A stretch of 63,605 nucleotides of DNA, filler included, from Hyphochytrium catenoides (Eukaryota; Protista; Hyphochytriomycota), in the NCBI GenBank assembly GCA_900088475.1. It is 7 parts of 7 records of this genome, joined end to end, with 100 filler letters (N's around TTAATTAATTAA, not from the genome) between each part and the next. Parts side by side here need not be neighbours in the genome. Positions count along the whole stretch, not along the records: positions 21,200 to 29,574 come from FLMG01003866.1; positions 29,675 to 43,455 come from FLMG01000036.1; 5 more parts are not named here. One strand, 5' to 3'. The translations under genes and the position numbers were made by a program. Below are positions 27,927 to 41,000 of the stretch, piece by piece (position 1 is the first letter of the stretch; each line of letters opens with the position of its first letter). The notes beneath the pieces were generated by a model, which had not been told where the DNA came from, searched no databases, and was given only the letters and a program-made list of their open reading frames with translations.

Positions 27927-29574
27927 GAGCAGCTGAGAGACGGAACGAAGGCGGCGTAATGGCGCTAGAAGGGAGGAAGGGACTACGGTGAGGACAGCAT
28001 TGTGAAGAGGAAGAGATTGTTACAACAACAGAACGTCAATAGCAGACACAGACTTTTTAATAAAAGGAATGGAGCTCCTCCTCGTCCGCGCAATACTCTC
28101 TCTCCCTGCTGCTCCTGGACTTGCTGTCCAACCACCCCTTAGGGTGAACGACGGCAAACGCAGGGCCATAACCGTTCAAAGAGAAGAATTCCAGTTAGCA
28201 AGAGAGAGCAAAAGGAGAGAACAAGAAAGAAAGACTGTAAGACAGAGAGAGAGAGATAAGCAAAGAGAGGCAAAAAGCAGTAAGAGACTCTGCAGAGGTA
28301 GTTTTTGAGTTTGTTGAGTCTGGTCGAGGGCTTCTGATGATGACTACTGACAACGAACATTTGTAACCCTAAACACTCCCCCGATACCTAGCTTCTCTGG
28401 ATCATCAGTGGTGGCGGTCTACCTAAACTCATGTTGTCCGCCTCACTCTCTCTTTTCCCCAGAAGTGAAGCAGCAACAAGGCGAGTAGTAGCAAGAGTAG
28501 TACGCTCACACACGGCGGAAGTTCATTAGCAGTGCTGCCCGCCAAGTGTGCTCTCCACTCTCGCGACGGATGCTTCGGACGCTGGATGAGGACTGTCATG
28601 CAAAGCGACAAGACAGACGATGAAGCTCTACAGAGACGGATTATCGCGAATGTATTGTTGTCTGAAGCTTCTGCCTGTCAAAGCACAGGCTGGATGAACA
28701 GATAGCAATGAGATATATGTGTTGTTGCAGATCTTGGTCTCGTACCAGCCCTCCTCACTACACTGCTCTGCCTTCCAGGAATAGTTTATCGCTTGTCCTC
28801 GTAAGTACCTTCTTCACCATATTATTCCATTCTGTTTTATATCAATAGCTTTAGGCTTCGCCTAGGGCTCGCCCGACGTTACTAGTGCGTAATCCAGCCT
28901 TCGGTTGCACTCTTAGTGGAAGATGCTTGGATCACTGATTTAGTTGTACAAGTAACACCAAGAACTCTCCATTCCTTCTACATGTAGAACTAGTTCTATC
29001 ATTATTTCCTAGGAGGTAGGCACGTTCTCTAAAAGATCTCTCTACTCGTTCACCGACGCTTCCTATAGCAGAGTAGTGAGTGAGGGAGGGAGGGAGGGAG
29101 TGAATGGCAAAACAATCTCAACTCTCGACTGCTGCAGAAGTCGCGTGACATGTCACCTCCACCCTCAGCTTCTACAGCTAAAAATACAGGATAGTAGGTG
29201 ATGCGTCTCAGGTAAAATGAGGTTACAACACAAATTCGCCTGGACTCACGAGATGTGCTCGGTTTATAGTGATACGTCTCGCGTTACAATCTCGATTTTT
29301 GTTCATAAAACCCCTTTCTCTTCTGCTCTGATCCATTTTATATCTCCAAAGTACACAAACAAAGACCCAAACCCAAAGAAAATGTTGACTGTTCAGCTTC
29401 GACCCTTCACAATAGGGAGTTTGAGCTGCGGGGAGGTGTTGGAGTCTGAGGGCACAGTTATGTGGCCTACAAGCTGGCAAGCTTAACTACCCAAGTTTCA
29501 GCTCTAAACTCCTAGTAGAAGCCGAGATATGAAGCAAACGAAATGTCCCTGTTTATATCTATGGCTTATGGTCA

Positions 29575-29674
29575 NNNNNNNNNNNNNNNNNNNNNNNNNN
29601 NNNNNNNNNNNNNNNNNNTTAATTAATTAANNNNNNNNNNNNNNNNNNNNNNNNNNNNNNNNNNNNNNNNNNNN
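29575..29674. other. Artificial contig-joining linker
   Basis: N44-TTAATTAATTAA-N44. Confidence 0.98.
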
Positions 29675-29941
29675 TGTTTGTTTCTTGAGCACCCTCTGCG
29701 ATGCTTTTTGCATCTTCTTAAGAAGCTGCTCCTGCTTGTCTGGAGGGAGATCCTTCCACGCCGTGGAGGCGATTTGTAGGTGCCGGGCAGGAACTTGTAT
29801 GAGAGACGGAGGTAGCGGAGAGCGAGGAGGATAGCAAGACGAGACAAGAGAGAGAGGCCGAGAGCGTACATAGCCTGCCCTGGATGGAGCTAAAAGCAAG
29901 GGCTTGGCCCTGATCAGCCATGGGACCGACCGAGAGAGCAT
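29675..29941 (-). CDS. 5' fragment of a hypothetical, probably mitochondrion-targeted protein (truncated by contig end)
   Basis: MLSRSVPWLIRAKPLLLAPSRAGYVRSRPLSL... is rich in Arg/Ser/Leu and lacks acidic residues. The frame stays open to the contig edge. It lies head-to-head with CSN3. Confidence 0.5.
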
Positions 29942-30342
29942 TGGAATCAGAGCTCCAAGCACCGAAGGAGAGGATACTTCTTTCTCTGTTCTTGCCGCTT
30001 CCGGGCTTCTGGTCCGTGTGCTTTGGTCTTTGTCTTCGCTGTCTTACAGCTTCTAGTGGCCAGCTAGTCTTCCCGCTGAAGCTCATGTCTCTCATCTGCG
30101 AGGCGGCGTTAGTCCATGAGGACATGAAGAGAGATGCCAGCGAAAGTGTGCCGCAAAAGAGAGAGAGGGAGAGAAAAGAGAGAAGAGAGAGAGAGGAAAA
30201 AGGAGAGAGAGAGAGAGAGAGAGAGAGAGTGAGAGAGAAAGAGAGAGAGAGAGACAGAGGCACAGAGAGAGAGGGAGAGAGCGAGACGGAGAGACAGACA
30301 GAGAGCGAGAGAGAGCGAAAGAGAGAGAGAGAGAGCGAGAGA

Positions 30343-30382
<40 letters not shown>

Positions 30383-30937
30383 TCAGAAGCATCTTTGCTT
30401 GTTTGCCTCTTCACTTTTTGACCAAGCAGCCACCCTCCACCTACCTCCCAATCACTGATAACCTTGATCAGATAACTATTAAAATTGATTCTCTACAATC
30501 TATTGAGAATAGTTTTTTCTTGGGGTAAGTGAGAGAAAAGAGAAATGAAAAAGAATCTGCAGCTTCATCAAATCTTCATCAGATCTTCAAGACCTCTGCC
30601 GTCAACAGAGACCGCATTGGAGACCGCATTGTTCATGGTGACAAGCCTTTCTTGAGGAGCCTCTCACCTCTCTTGCTCTTTCTTCTTTTCCTTCCTGCAG
30701 CTTTCCTTGGCGTTGTTCGGACTCGCACTTCCCCACAGAGGCTTCTCAGCCCCTTTCTTCCTTTCTAAGAACGGAGTTCAGAAACCCTGAATCGCTCTTC
30801 ACGAAGGTTTGAGGACAGAGTAGATTGCTTAAGAGCGGACTTCATAAAGCTTAAGGAAAGGAGAGCAGGCGGAGGTCCGAGACGGGGAAAGGAAAGCCTG
30901 GAGAAGAGGGATATCGCCTCAGGAGGCTGATGGTATA

Positions 30938-33900
30938 ATGAGCGATCTCTTTCAGACGGTTACCGCTGTTGACAGCAGCCACCAGCCAGAGGCTTCACAT
31001 CGACACCTGATCAACTTAGTAAGGCCCAGTCTGCACTTTGTGCCTAGGCGTGTCCACCGCATATTATATTGTCCTCCTGCCTCTTCCTGCTCACTCCAAA
31101 GCTGCTCTTCTCTTCTTTGAATGCCTCCTAGTCACATCCCTTCACCCGTTCTCATCCTCTCTCTCTCTCCTCTCTGTCTCTTATTCTCTTTCTCTGAGTC
31201 TCTGCCTTTGTACAATCTCACTCCATCTTTAAGGTTTCCCTTCCCGTCTCGGTATATCACCTTCGCTCGGCAGTTGCTCTTTCTTAGAGCCGAGCTCCCC
31301 ACTTTTCCTCTCCTTTCGCCACGCACTTCCACAACTAATAACGGCTCAATCTCCCTTAGCGTGGAGAGCTTGATGGTCGGCAGCAGGAGGTCAGAGAACT
31401 GGTGAAGCGCCTTCGCCGCCATGAAGATGCCCTTCCCTTACTTCATTGCCTGTGAGTGACGCCATTAACGTCGTTGTTAATGAAAGAGTCCATCGTCCTT
31501 CATCATAAAGCTTGCGGGCACTCGCTCTTGCTCCTCCTCTGGAGCTGAGAGGGAGTTCTTCCTCATCCGCATCTTATGAAGCGTCCTCTCTTCGCTTCTT
31601 GTTCTAAACGCCTTCCTTCTTGTTGCCGCTCACCGCCTCGCTTCGCTCAAAATCTGTTGCATCCTCTTTCTCCTTTCTGCATCCTGTTCTTCCCCTGCTT
31701 TCACCTTCCATTATCTGACACGACACTCTTTTGATCTTCTTTCTCTACGATTCACCCCGCTTTCTCTCACTTCATGGCTTATTTTTGCTCTGTCTCTTTC
31801 CCTGCTTCTCAAACCGCCCTGGAATGGGTCACTCTAGGGCGGTAAGGACTGAGGCAATGAGCGCCGCTAGTGCAGAGGAGAAGCTGGAACTCTTCGATGC
31901 TATCAGCAGCTTTCTCGTGGAGTTCTCGGAGGCACAAGTCAAAGTTGCACCAAGACAATGTTAGTAGCAACCTTGTGCTCGCACTTCCTCCCTTTCTCTC
32001 ATGCTACTTCGTCTAACTACGATGAACACTCATTTTTCTCTCTCTCTCCTCGCGTGTCCTCTTGCATTGAAAGTGAAGGCCGTGCTGCGGTGGTTTTCCG
32101 AGACTGGAGTGCAAGAGAAATGCGCCCTGCAATGTGTTCTACCTCTACGAAGCACACTTCAAAAGATCTCTGCACATTCTTGGAAATTGACTGTGGCCCA
32201 TGCACCTTTCGCTCTTGTCTGTCTGCATAGTAAATGCTACAACGCCGCTCGAGAAGTCATCGCGAGGTAAACCTATGGTTAGACCACTGCCGCGGGGAGA
32301 GAGGTGGACGGCGGCGGATAAGGGCCTATAAGAAGGACAATTGATTGAATAGGAAAGACAGGGGATCGGAGGGACAGACGTCGACGTTTCGCCTTACTTC
32401 GAACAAAGGGTACAGGGTACAAGGAGCTAAAGAGGTGACAGGCGTGATAGTCGACTGTCTTGTTAGCGAGGCGTGTCCTCAATGCGCTGCAGTGTGAGGC
32501 AGTCAAAGAGCAAAGGGGCTGTGGGCTCTCACTCTCGTTGAGTGTACCACTTATCTTCTTGCCTCTCTCTCTTCCTCTCCCCCTTCTGCCTTTGGCTGTC
32601 AGTGATATTATGGAGGCAAATGCGAAGACGTCAGGTGTGGATCCAGTTGATCTCCTTCTCTACCTTTACTACGGTGGAATGCTCCACATTGGACTCAAGC
32701 AGTTTAGCAGGGCGATTGACTTTTTACGACTGGTGAGAGGGCAGTGGAGCTGACATACGTTTCTCTCTTTCTCTATCGCTTGTCCAAATTCTCTTCTCTG
32801 CCCAGACCTCAATTGCTCTGCCTTTTGCAACAGAGCTCGGCTGGTTTTCTCAGATACTTCTTGTCAGACCCTCTCTGTTGATGTTGGCTTCCCGTCCTCT
32901 AGCTTAGCAAGCTAGATCCTTGTCAATGACACAGGATCTGGCTTGAGTAGGCACTCTTTGCACGTATAGGCTAACTTCTCGTCCCCGCTTAGGCAATAAC
33001 TACACCCGCGTCTGCTCTAAGTGCAATAGTGCTGGAAGCATATAAGAAGCTTATTCTGGTCTCGCTAATAGAGGAGGGAGAGGTAAGCGTGTAGCCTTCC
33101 TTATCTTGTCGTCTTCACCTGCTAAAGGCGGACTAGGCTTTGCCCGTAAAATGCTTCCGTCTTGCAAGAGCTTCTGTCCTAGAGAGAAAGAGAGAATTGT
33201 AGCAAGCGATCCGGACGCTTTGTGTTTTGACTCTCTTTCTAGCGGCATCGTTTGGATTCTTGTTGACGGCAAGGCTCTTTGAGTACAGCTTAAGCCGTAA
33301 TTTCTCTCGCGACCTGGCCCTCCGTCTTAGCCTTAGACCTTGATCTAAGTCTGGCCCCGCGGTGGTGGCCACGATTTACCTTCTTTCTTTGTGTCTTTCG
33401 CTTGCGCTCGTTTGCTTAATTCACCTTCTTCTCTTTCGTGGGATGTTCCTCTCACCGCCCTCCTCTCTATTGCCTAGGTGAAACCTCTTCCTAAGTATAC
33501 GTCCAGCGTGGTGAGCGGGTTCTTTGAGCAGGTCTTTAAGAGCAAGCAGGGACCCTATGAAGAACTAGTCAAGGCCTTCAAAGCCTCGAAACTTGAGCAA
33601 CTGGAGGAGATAGTTCGAGACAACAGCCAGACATTTACGAGGGTAAGCTGTGATAGCGGCCTTGGACTCAGACAGCACGCGGGGGCTACGATATGAGAAT
33701 GAGAGACTCTGACCGCAGCGGCTACTTTCCGAGCCCCCCCTTACCATCGCCTTCATTGTCACTGCAGGACAACAATCTAGGCTTGGCTAAGCAGTGTATC
33801 GAAGCGTTGAAGAGGAGAAAGATCCAGCGCTTAACACTGACCTACGTCACTCTCTCCCTCTCTGACATTGCGAGCTCTGTGGGACTAAGAGATAAGGTGG

Positions 33901-34983
33901 AGGCTGAGAAGTACATTGTCCATATGGTAAGCCACCCCATTATCTTCATCGGTCTCTGGCAAGGAAAGGATGCACTTCTGCTATGTGGAACTTTTCTTTA
34001 CCCATCAGCCTTGCCTGTCCCACGCCCAAAGTGTCCTCTCCTTTCATCATCCATTCCGTGACAACCCTCTACTACTCTCCCGGCGGCGAAGGCGGTGCCA
34101 CCGATGTCGTCATGTTGTCAGTGCCTTATACTTACCATGTTATCTCCCAGATCTCTAAAGGCCAGATCTCGGCCTCTATTGCTCAGGACACGGAGATGGT
34201 GACCTTCTTAGAGAGCGAAGAAGAATACGATGACAATCAGATTGCAGGCAAGCTGAATGACTACGTTCAGGTAAGCAGTCCACCAAGGGTTCGCGTCAGG
34301 GGCGTTTGACTGAAGTCTTTCTCTCCCATGGTTACAGGCTGTGTCTCAGCTATCAGACAGATTGAGAGCGCTGGAGAAAGATATCATAACGGATCCATCC
34401 TATGTTACCAAGGTAAGAGCGCTGGACAAACGAACTAGGATATAGAGATAGCGGGCCAAAGAGAGACACAGACAAAGTGCAAACGGGGCGTCTTTTTGTC
34501 CCAGTTAGTAAGGAAAAGGATGGAAAGAGACGGTGAAAGGAGAAAAACGGCTTTGGGGTGGATGAGAGAAGAGCTATGGACGGAAACGCACCGGATATGA
34601 GGAGTAGAGCCGGGCTTCCAAGAGGCGAACTGGGCTAAGTGATCATTCCAAGAGACGGATCAGAGACTTCTGGAGGCAGGAGTGAGAGAAGAAACGAGCA
34701 CAAAGAGTAGGGTCATATACGGGCAAATGATAGAGATTCCACGAGAGGTAGAAGTTCAAGAAATCAGGGATAGATAAGGGCCCAGGGGTCGCTGTCTGCT
34801 CATGACTTTGGCCAACTCTATCTTCAGCAAAAAAGATCCACAGGGGAAGCTGGAGAGAAAATGCTTCCTTCTTCGTCAGCATCTTCTGCCCCTGGCATTA
34901 GCTCCGGCTATGGGCTCCCACCAGACTATGACGAGAACTTTCCTGAACTCGGGAGTGGAAGCAGCTATCTTAGGATGACTTAG
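30938..34983 (+). CDS. COPS3: COP9 signalosome subunit 3 (PCI domain), about 11 exons
   Basis: Spliced exons give LLYLYYGGMLHIGLKQFSRAIDF, AITTPASALSAIVLEAYKKLILVSLI, LPKYTSSVV, DNNLGLAKQCIEALKRRKIQRLTLTYVTLSLSDIA, EAEKYIVHM/ISKGQISASI, all characteristic of CSN3. Last exon 34828-34983. Confidence 0.93.
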
Positions 34984-35588
34984 CCGCCGGCCGTACAAAT
35001 AATACTGGGATAGACAGATTGAGATTGCTGGACGGCTGTCTTTAAGTGGGGCTGTGCGTCAGCCAGAGAGAGAGAGAGAGGGAGAAAAGAGAGGGAGAGA
35101 AAGACAGATAAGTGGCTGAAAAGGTAATTTTTAGACGAAGACTGCGCTAAAAGCGGCCAGGTAGTTGAGAGAGAAGGGAGACAAGTTATACACTTCTATT
35201 ATATAAATTGGCCAGAAAGCTTTTCCGGGTAGTGGCGTCTCCTGGTACATCTTGCCAGCTGAGATCTCAACTTTTACGGGAGGAATGACATGAAGGAGCA
35301 GCTCTCTCTCGTGCTCTCCGTTTACTTCCAACCCTTGCTGTACGCTATTATTGATTAAAATTGATCCTTGTCTTGCACAGCCAAGGTTCAGGCCGAAGGC
35401 TTAAAGAGCGCCGGAACAAGACGAAAGAGAGAGAGAGAGACACTGAGAAAGGAGGATAGGAAACAATGGAACAAAGTGTGGATGAGGAAGAAAGAGGAGG
35501 TTCCATATTTGGTCTCTCCTCCTTTCTATCTTCCTCACCACCTTCCTTCCGTTCATCCTCCAGTGGCCCTTCATCGGCCTCCTTTTTC

Positions 35589-37989
35589 TCAATAATCGTC
35601 CGTCCTCCCCCAACTTTGCTGTTCTTGCTCTCTAGCTTTCTGCTCAGCTAACAAGTCTGCATTGGTTTTGAAGGATCTCCGACTTTGAATGATTCGACGC
35701 TGGATCCCCCGCCACTGAGAGACCGTCATGTCGCCGTAGAAGCTCTTCTCAGCATTTTGAAGCCGTCTCTCGTGGTAGAATCGCTGTCCATGCGCGATGA
35801 CAGCTGAGAGAGTTAGTCCTTCCTCGGGAAGGAAGCTCAATATCTTCATCAGGAGCTCCACCGGCCAACGGAAGAGCCGTGAATTCTTTCTGGCTGTCAC
35901 CTCATCTAGCACAGAAAGCAGCTGGAATGTTAGCAGCTCACGTGGCTCACTCCGTACCTCTCTGGTTGAAATGATGCGGTGTCGTGGGCAAACCAGAAGG
36001 AATGTTAAAGTTCCCAAGCGTCTCTCAATGCTTGAGTGCGTCGCGCCCTCTCTTTCCAGGCGCTGAGGCTGCAGAGAGTACTGCACATTGTTCTTGAAGA
36101 CGGCAATGCCCCCTTCTCTCAGTATAACTGGCGCCGACGGTATGACACTTCCCACTGTTGGCTCTCGGTCCTCTGTCGCCCCATAATAAGGGAAGATAAC
36201 GTCTGCAAAGTCTGCCTTCCTGGCTGCGGTCAAGCTCTTGGGAACCTCCACATAGCTCTCGAAGCCCTCAACCTGACGAAAGCACAGCTTGCCTGCGAGG
36301 CCTGAAGCTTCATTAATGCCATAGCAGCACATGCCTACAGCTAGGATATCCTCCAGAGGAGAGCCCTCTGAGCGCCAATCCTCCTGTGCGGTGTCCCAAC
36401 CTCCCTCCTCTCTAGTGTACCTGTACTCCGTACAGCGAACCATGACCTGCAACTCCTGGTTCCGAAGCTTTGCCTCACAGCAGCGCTCAAACAGCGGTAC
36501 AAAGAGAGAGAAAAGGCGAGAAAGCGTCTGATAGAGCTCAGGAAAGAGCTCCCGCGGAGCGCCGCAGACATCAGATCTGATCTGTACCTCTCCTTCCTCC
36601 GAGACCCAGAAGATGGAAGGAAGGAGCTGATACGGTGAATCCGATCTCTTCGCTCTTCGGGGCCGCCCCGTTCTCCACAGCTGCTGCTCGGCTACTGGAT
36701 CTTGTACGGCGCTAAGGCCGCGTACGTAAGGGAAATGAGAAGGGTCAATCACTTCGACCGCGCCTCTCTTTCTCAGTCCTTCTTTCTCTTGCATATCATG
36801 CTTCAGGTGGAACAACTGGCGTCTCAGTCCAGGGCTGTAGCTCTTCGCAACATCATTTACATCTCTCTCTAAGTCATCCAGCAGATCTGTTGGCACTGCT
36901 TCCTCACAATAGAAGATCCTAGAGCGGTTAGGAACCACCCACTTCTCCTTTGTGCACCTGGCAGGCAACTTGCCGTAGAGAGTTCGGAACCTTGAACTGT
37001 CAAGAAGGCTGTGCCAGGTAGATATATGGGACGCAAACACGAGGTCTTTTTGGACAGGGTCCTTCCCTCTTTCTTCTTCGTCTTTTCCTTCGCCTTTAGC
37101 GTCCTTCTTCTCCTTGTTACTCTCCTTCTCCTTGTTACTTTTCTTCGGTATAACCTTCATCTGCCTCGCGTCCTCATCCTCGAGACGCTGCGTCAAATGC
37201 CGCAGATCTCTCACCCAAGTCGGCGAAGCATCCTTTGATTGGGTCTCTGGCACGCCAACAACCACGTCGACTGGGCCTTGGATGCTGACGCCTGGATAAA
37301 TGTATGACAAGGAAGAGGAGGCTATCCTGTGCTTCACGCGCCAAAACTCGGAAGAATTGACGGTTTGAGAGTCAGAGTGGTCAGTCTCGTTGCTGGCCTT
37401 TGTCTGTTCTTCCTGAGAATCTGGAGAGACGAATGGCAGCGAGACAGAAAGAGGAATAAGCTAGAGAAGACGGAAGAGGACAAGCGCTGAGCTGGAATAA
37501 TAAGGAGAAAGGCTCTAGCTTTCTCTTTCTCTCTCTCTTTCTCCCATGTTTACATACTCAACTCCTCTCTGCTATCTTTCATATTCTAACTGACCTGCCG
37601 CCGCAGCGTCTTCACAGGTAGAGTCCCTGGATGCAGGGGCAGGACGAGGATAGACTAGTTGCCCATTCTTCGTGAAAAAGAAAGTGCGCAAACTGGTATG
37701 ATAGCCAGCTCCTACCGTGTCACCTTCAGAATAGGCAGCCTCAGGAGGGAGCTCAGGTGGTGCTGTGCCAGACGCGTCAGGGCTCGTTGACACCTCAATC
37801 TTACCCTTACTGCAAGGCAATAGCCCACAATAGGAGAGCAGGGCAAATCGGTGAGGGATCAAGATAGAGAGAATAGAAGAGATACGGGGAAGGGAAGAGA
37901 GAGAGAAGGAAAAAGTATAAGGCAAGAAGAGCGTTAAAAAAAGAGTAATGAGGAAGAGAGCCACCCATAGAGAAGGATGGGCGAGAGAG

Positions 37990-38040
<51 letters not shown>

Positions 38041-41000
38041 CTGGCAGAACGAGAGAGAAGCGGACTCTGAGGCTCGACGAAAAGAAAGCCGCTGAGGAAG
38101 AGCCAATGCGAGCGGAAGTCTACGTCAAACAAGCTTAGAGCGGAGACGAGCAGAAAGAGGTACAGGAAAGTCCGCCCCAAGGAGAATCGAGAGGAAGCGA
38201 AAGGAGGGAATCTTGTTAGACCTCAGGTAGCCCACGGTGCTTCTATCGCTGCGATGCCATTCCTTCCGCCGTAAGCTCTCTCTTCTGCATGCAGAGGACG
38301 CCTCTCCAATGTACTTATCTTCAGGATGATCTGCCTCTGTCAGCCCTATCGACAACATCCATGGAGTGCCGTCCGTAGGCACCGAGAGAATGGTGCACTC
38401 AAAGTAATAGATCTCGAAACGGCTGTTTGAGGAGCGCTGATAATTCTTAGCAAAATGGACAGAGAGGCTGCTGGCATAGTGGCACGTGCTATCCATTGGA
38501 AAAAAAGAAGTAAGAGAGAGAACATTGGAAGAAAAGGGAACATTACTGCGTGATATAAGCAGCCATTCGTCCTTCCTAATATCCTGAAGGAGAGAAGCTT
38601 TGACTTTCATGCCGTTTCCTTGCGCGTTATCTTCCTTCTCATCCTGCGCGACCACAGGCGCCTTCTCTTCTTTACTCTGTCGCCAGCCATTGACCGCTCC
38701 CATCTTGTCCTTGTAGACTTTGTAGTTTATCCATTGTGAGCGATCATAGGCAATGATGGGTTGGTTTGAGAGGTAGGGACGCTTCATCTGTAACGCAACT
38801 CTCTCCCGAGCCTCCACAAGGGATTGGTTATCGGAGGCCTTGCCTGCAGAGATAGATAGACAATGTGAGAACAGAAGAATGAGAGGGGAATGGAGATGAG
38901 GAAGTGAGCGTGAAAGAGAGGAAAAGATCTAAATAGACCGACAGGCAAAGAGAGAGAAGAGCTTGAGAGAGGTTGGTTGACACGAGAGAGTGAGAAGAGA
39001 GAGGGCGAGAGGCAGAACTCTTGTTCGCTTCCGGTAAACTCATAGAGAACACGACAGGTGGTATAAATGACTCAGGAAGGGTGATTGCATAGGCGACATG
39101 GGAGAGAAGGAAGAGTTCTTCTGAAAAAGAAAAGAGAGAGAGGACATAACCGAAGGTTCAAGAGCGGGACCCATAGATGGAGTTATCGGGAACCAGGACA
39201 TGAAGAGATAACTGGATATCTCTTTGCGCCTCACCACTAGGCCTCGATTTGTTCTCTCTCGCTGCCTCTAGCCCACAAAGAGAGTTCCAGACAGACTGAG
39301 GATCAGCTCGATGTAAACCTACTGCCTCCACATAGGCCATAGCAGCGACCGCCGAAGACCTTGCCGTCGTTTCTGTTTGTTCCTGCCCTATGGCATGCTC
39401 TAGCTGTGACTGTGTCACCTTGCTTCTCTTAGCCCGTCGTTCTGGGTAGTCTCCTACCTCTCTCCTCCTTGCAGAATGACCTCTAACACTCTTTGATTGA
39501 CTGTCGGTATCGCTCCTCGCCAACTCAGTAAGCAACTCTGATTTCATTACCCTTCTGCTAGTCTCTGAGTCTATTGATGAAAGAGCAGAGTCTAAGGCAG
39601 AGCTTGAAGCCTTTTGTATCCTCCTTTTGCAGCATCGAAGAGCTTCTTCCGCAAACCAGTCATATATCTCAGGCTGGGGAACCGCCAGATCCATGTCCCA
39701 AGAAGGAGGAGGGCGCTTGAAAGAGCTCTCTAGGTGTTGCTCCAAGCTACTCAGCTCTTCTAAACCGATATTAGAGTTCTCAGCGTCCAGACAGTCCACC
39801 AACGCCTCCCAGCCCTTCTCGTAAGAGAGAATGTGCGTAAGGACATCCAAGTCCACTATGACTGATGGCAAGGTGACGCCCAAAGCACAGAGGCGGAACA
39901 CAATGCAGCCGACAAGAAGCAGCTCTTGTCTTTCAAACTCTATTAGTTCCCCATCTGGTATCAACCCCATTATTTCGACCAAGATTTCTCGCGTGATGGC
40001 CATCAGATTGCTCTGTCGTGCCTCTGTTGCGCTGAAAGAAGGAGACCGAGTGATAGTCAGAAGATTTCTCAAATGCCGGAGATCCGTCATCTGTTTTTCT
40101 TCCTCCGTCTCTAAAGTGGCAGCCCAAAAGTCACGTACGTCGCTGTACAGGGTCGAAAGAGCGGACTGACTCTGCTCTAGCAAACACGCAAGGGCTCCGG
40201 ACTTTTGGCTCCTCACGAGGTAGTCAACCACCTCCAAGAGCGGCCAGTCTAAAGGCTCTCTTAGCTCTCTTTCGTCTTCAAGCTGTCGCTGTGATGCCGC
40301 AGTTTGAAGTACGAGCTTTGTGATGGGATCGTCTATCGAGGGAATATATGTGAAGGCAGATTGGAAGTGGACACGTCCAACAGCTATGCACAGCTCACTA
40401 TGCTGAGGGGCATAAGGTTCCCCTTCTAGGCCAAGGAGAGCGTCTCTGCTAAGGAAAGATAGCAAAGGCTGGAACTCCTGGGACCTGTGCCAGGGAGCAG
40501 GCGTGTCAATGGTGCTTTCATCTCGATCCTGGAGAGCCCCTTCCTGCAGAGAAAGAGAGGACCTGGATGGCGAAAGCGGGGTTTCTTCGTCGTCACTCTC
40601 AGAATCTTCGGGATAGAAAAGATTTCCTTCTGCAGTCGTCTTGCCACTAGACGCTATTCCAACTTTCCTCTCTCTCTGCTCCTTCGCGATGGCTAAGAGC
40701 TCTCGAATGCATTCTTCCTGTTGAGACGCACCCTGCAGCACCTTCCACAAGCTTAACCGCAGTTCAGAAGCATAGACTCTATGGCAATGGCTGGGCTCAT
40801 CTAGTATGTGTAACACCATCAGTGCGGCGAAGCCCAGGTCATTGCTTAACCGAAGCATCTTCAGGAGCCGCTCCTGGAGTGGAAGGGCTGGACAGTCTTG
40901 AAGACCAGACCCTTCGTGGCTGTTGTACAGGTAGTATACCAGAGAGTTACACCACACCTTCTCGATCCTCTCCTTCTCAAAAGCTGCCGTTTCCGCACAA

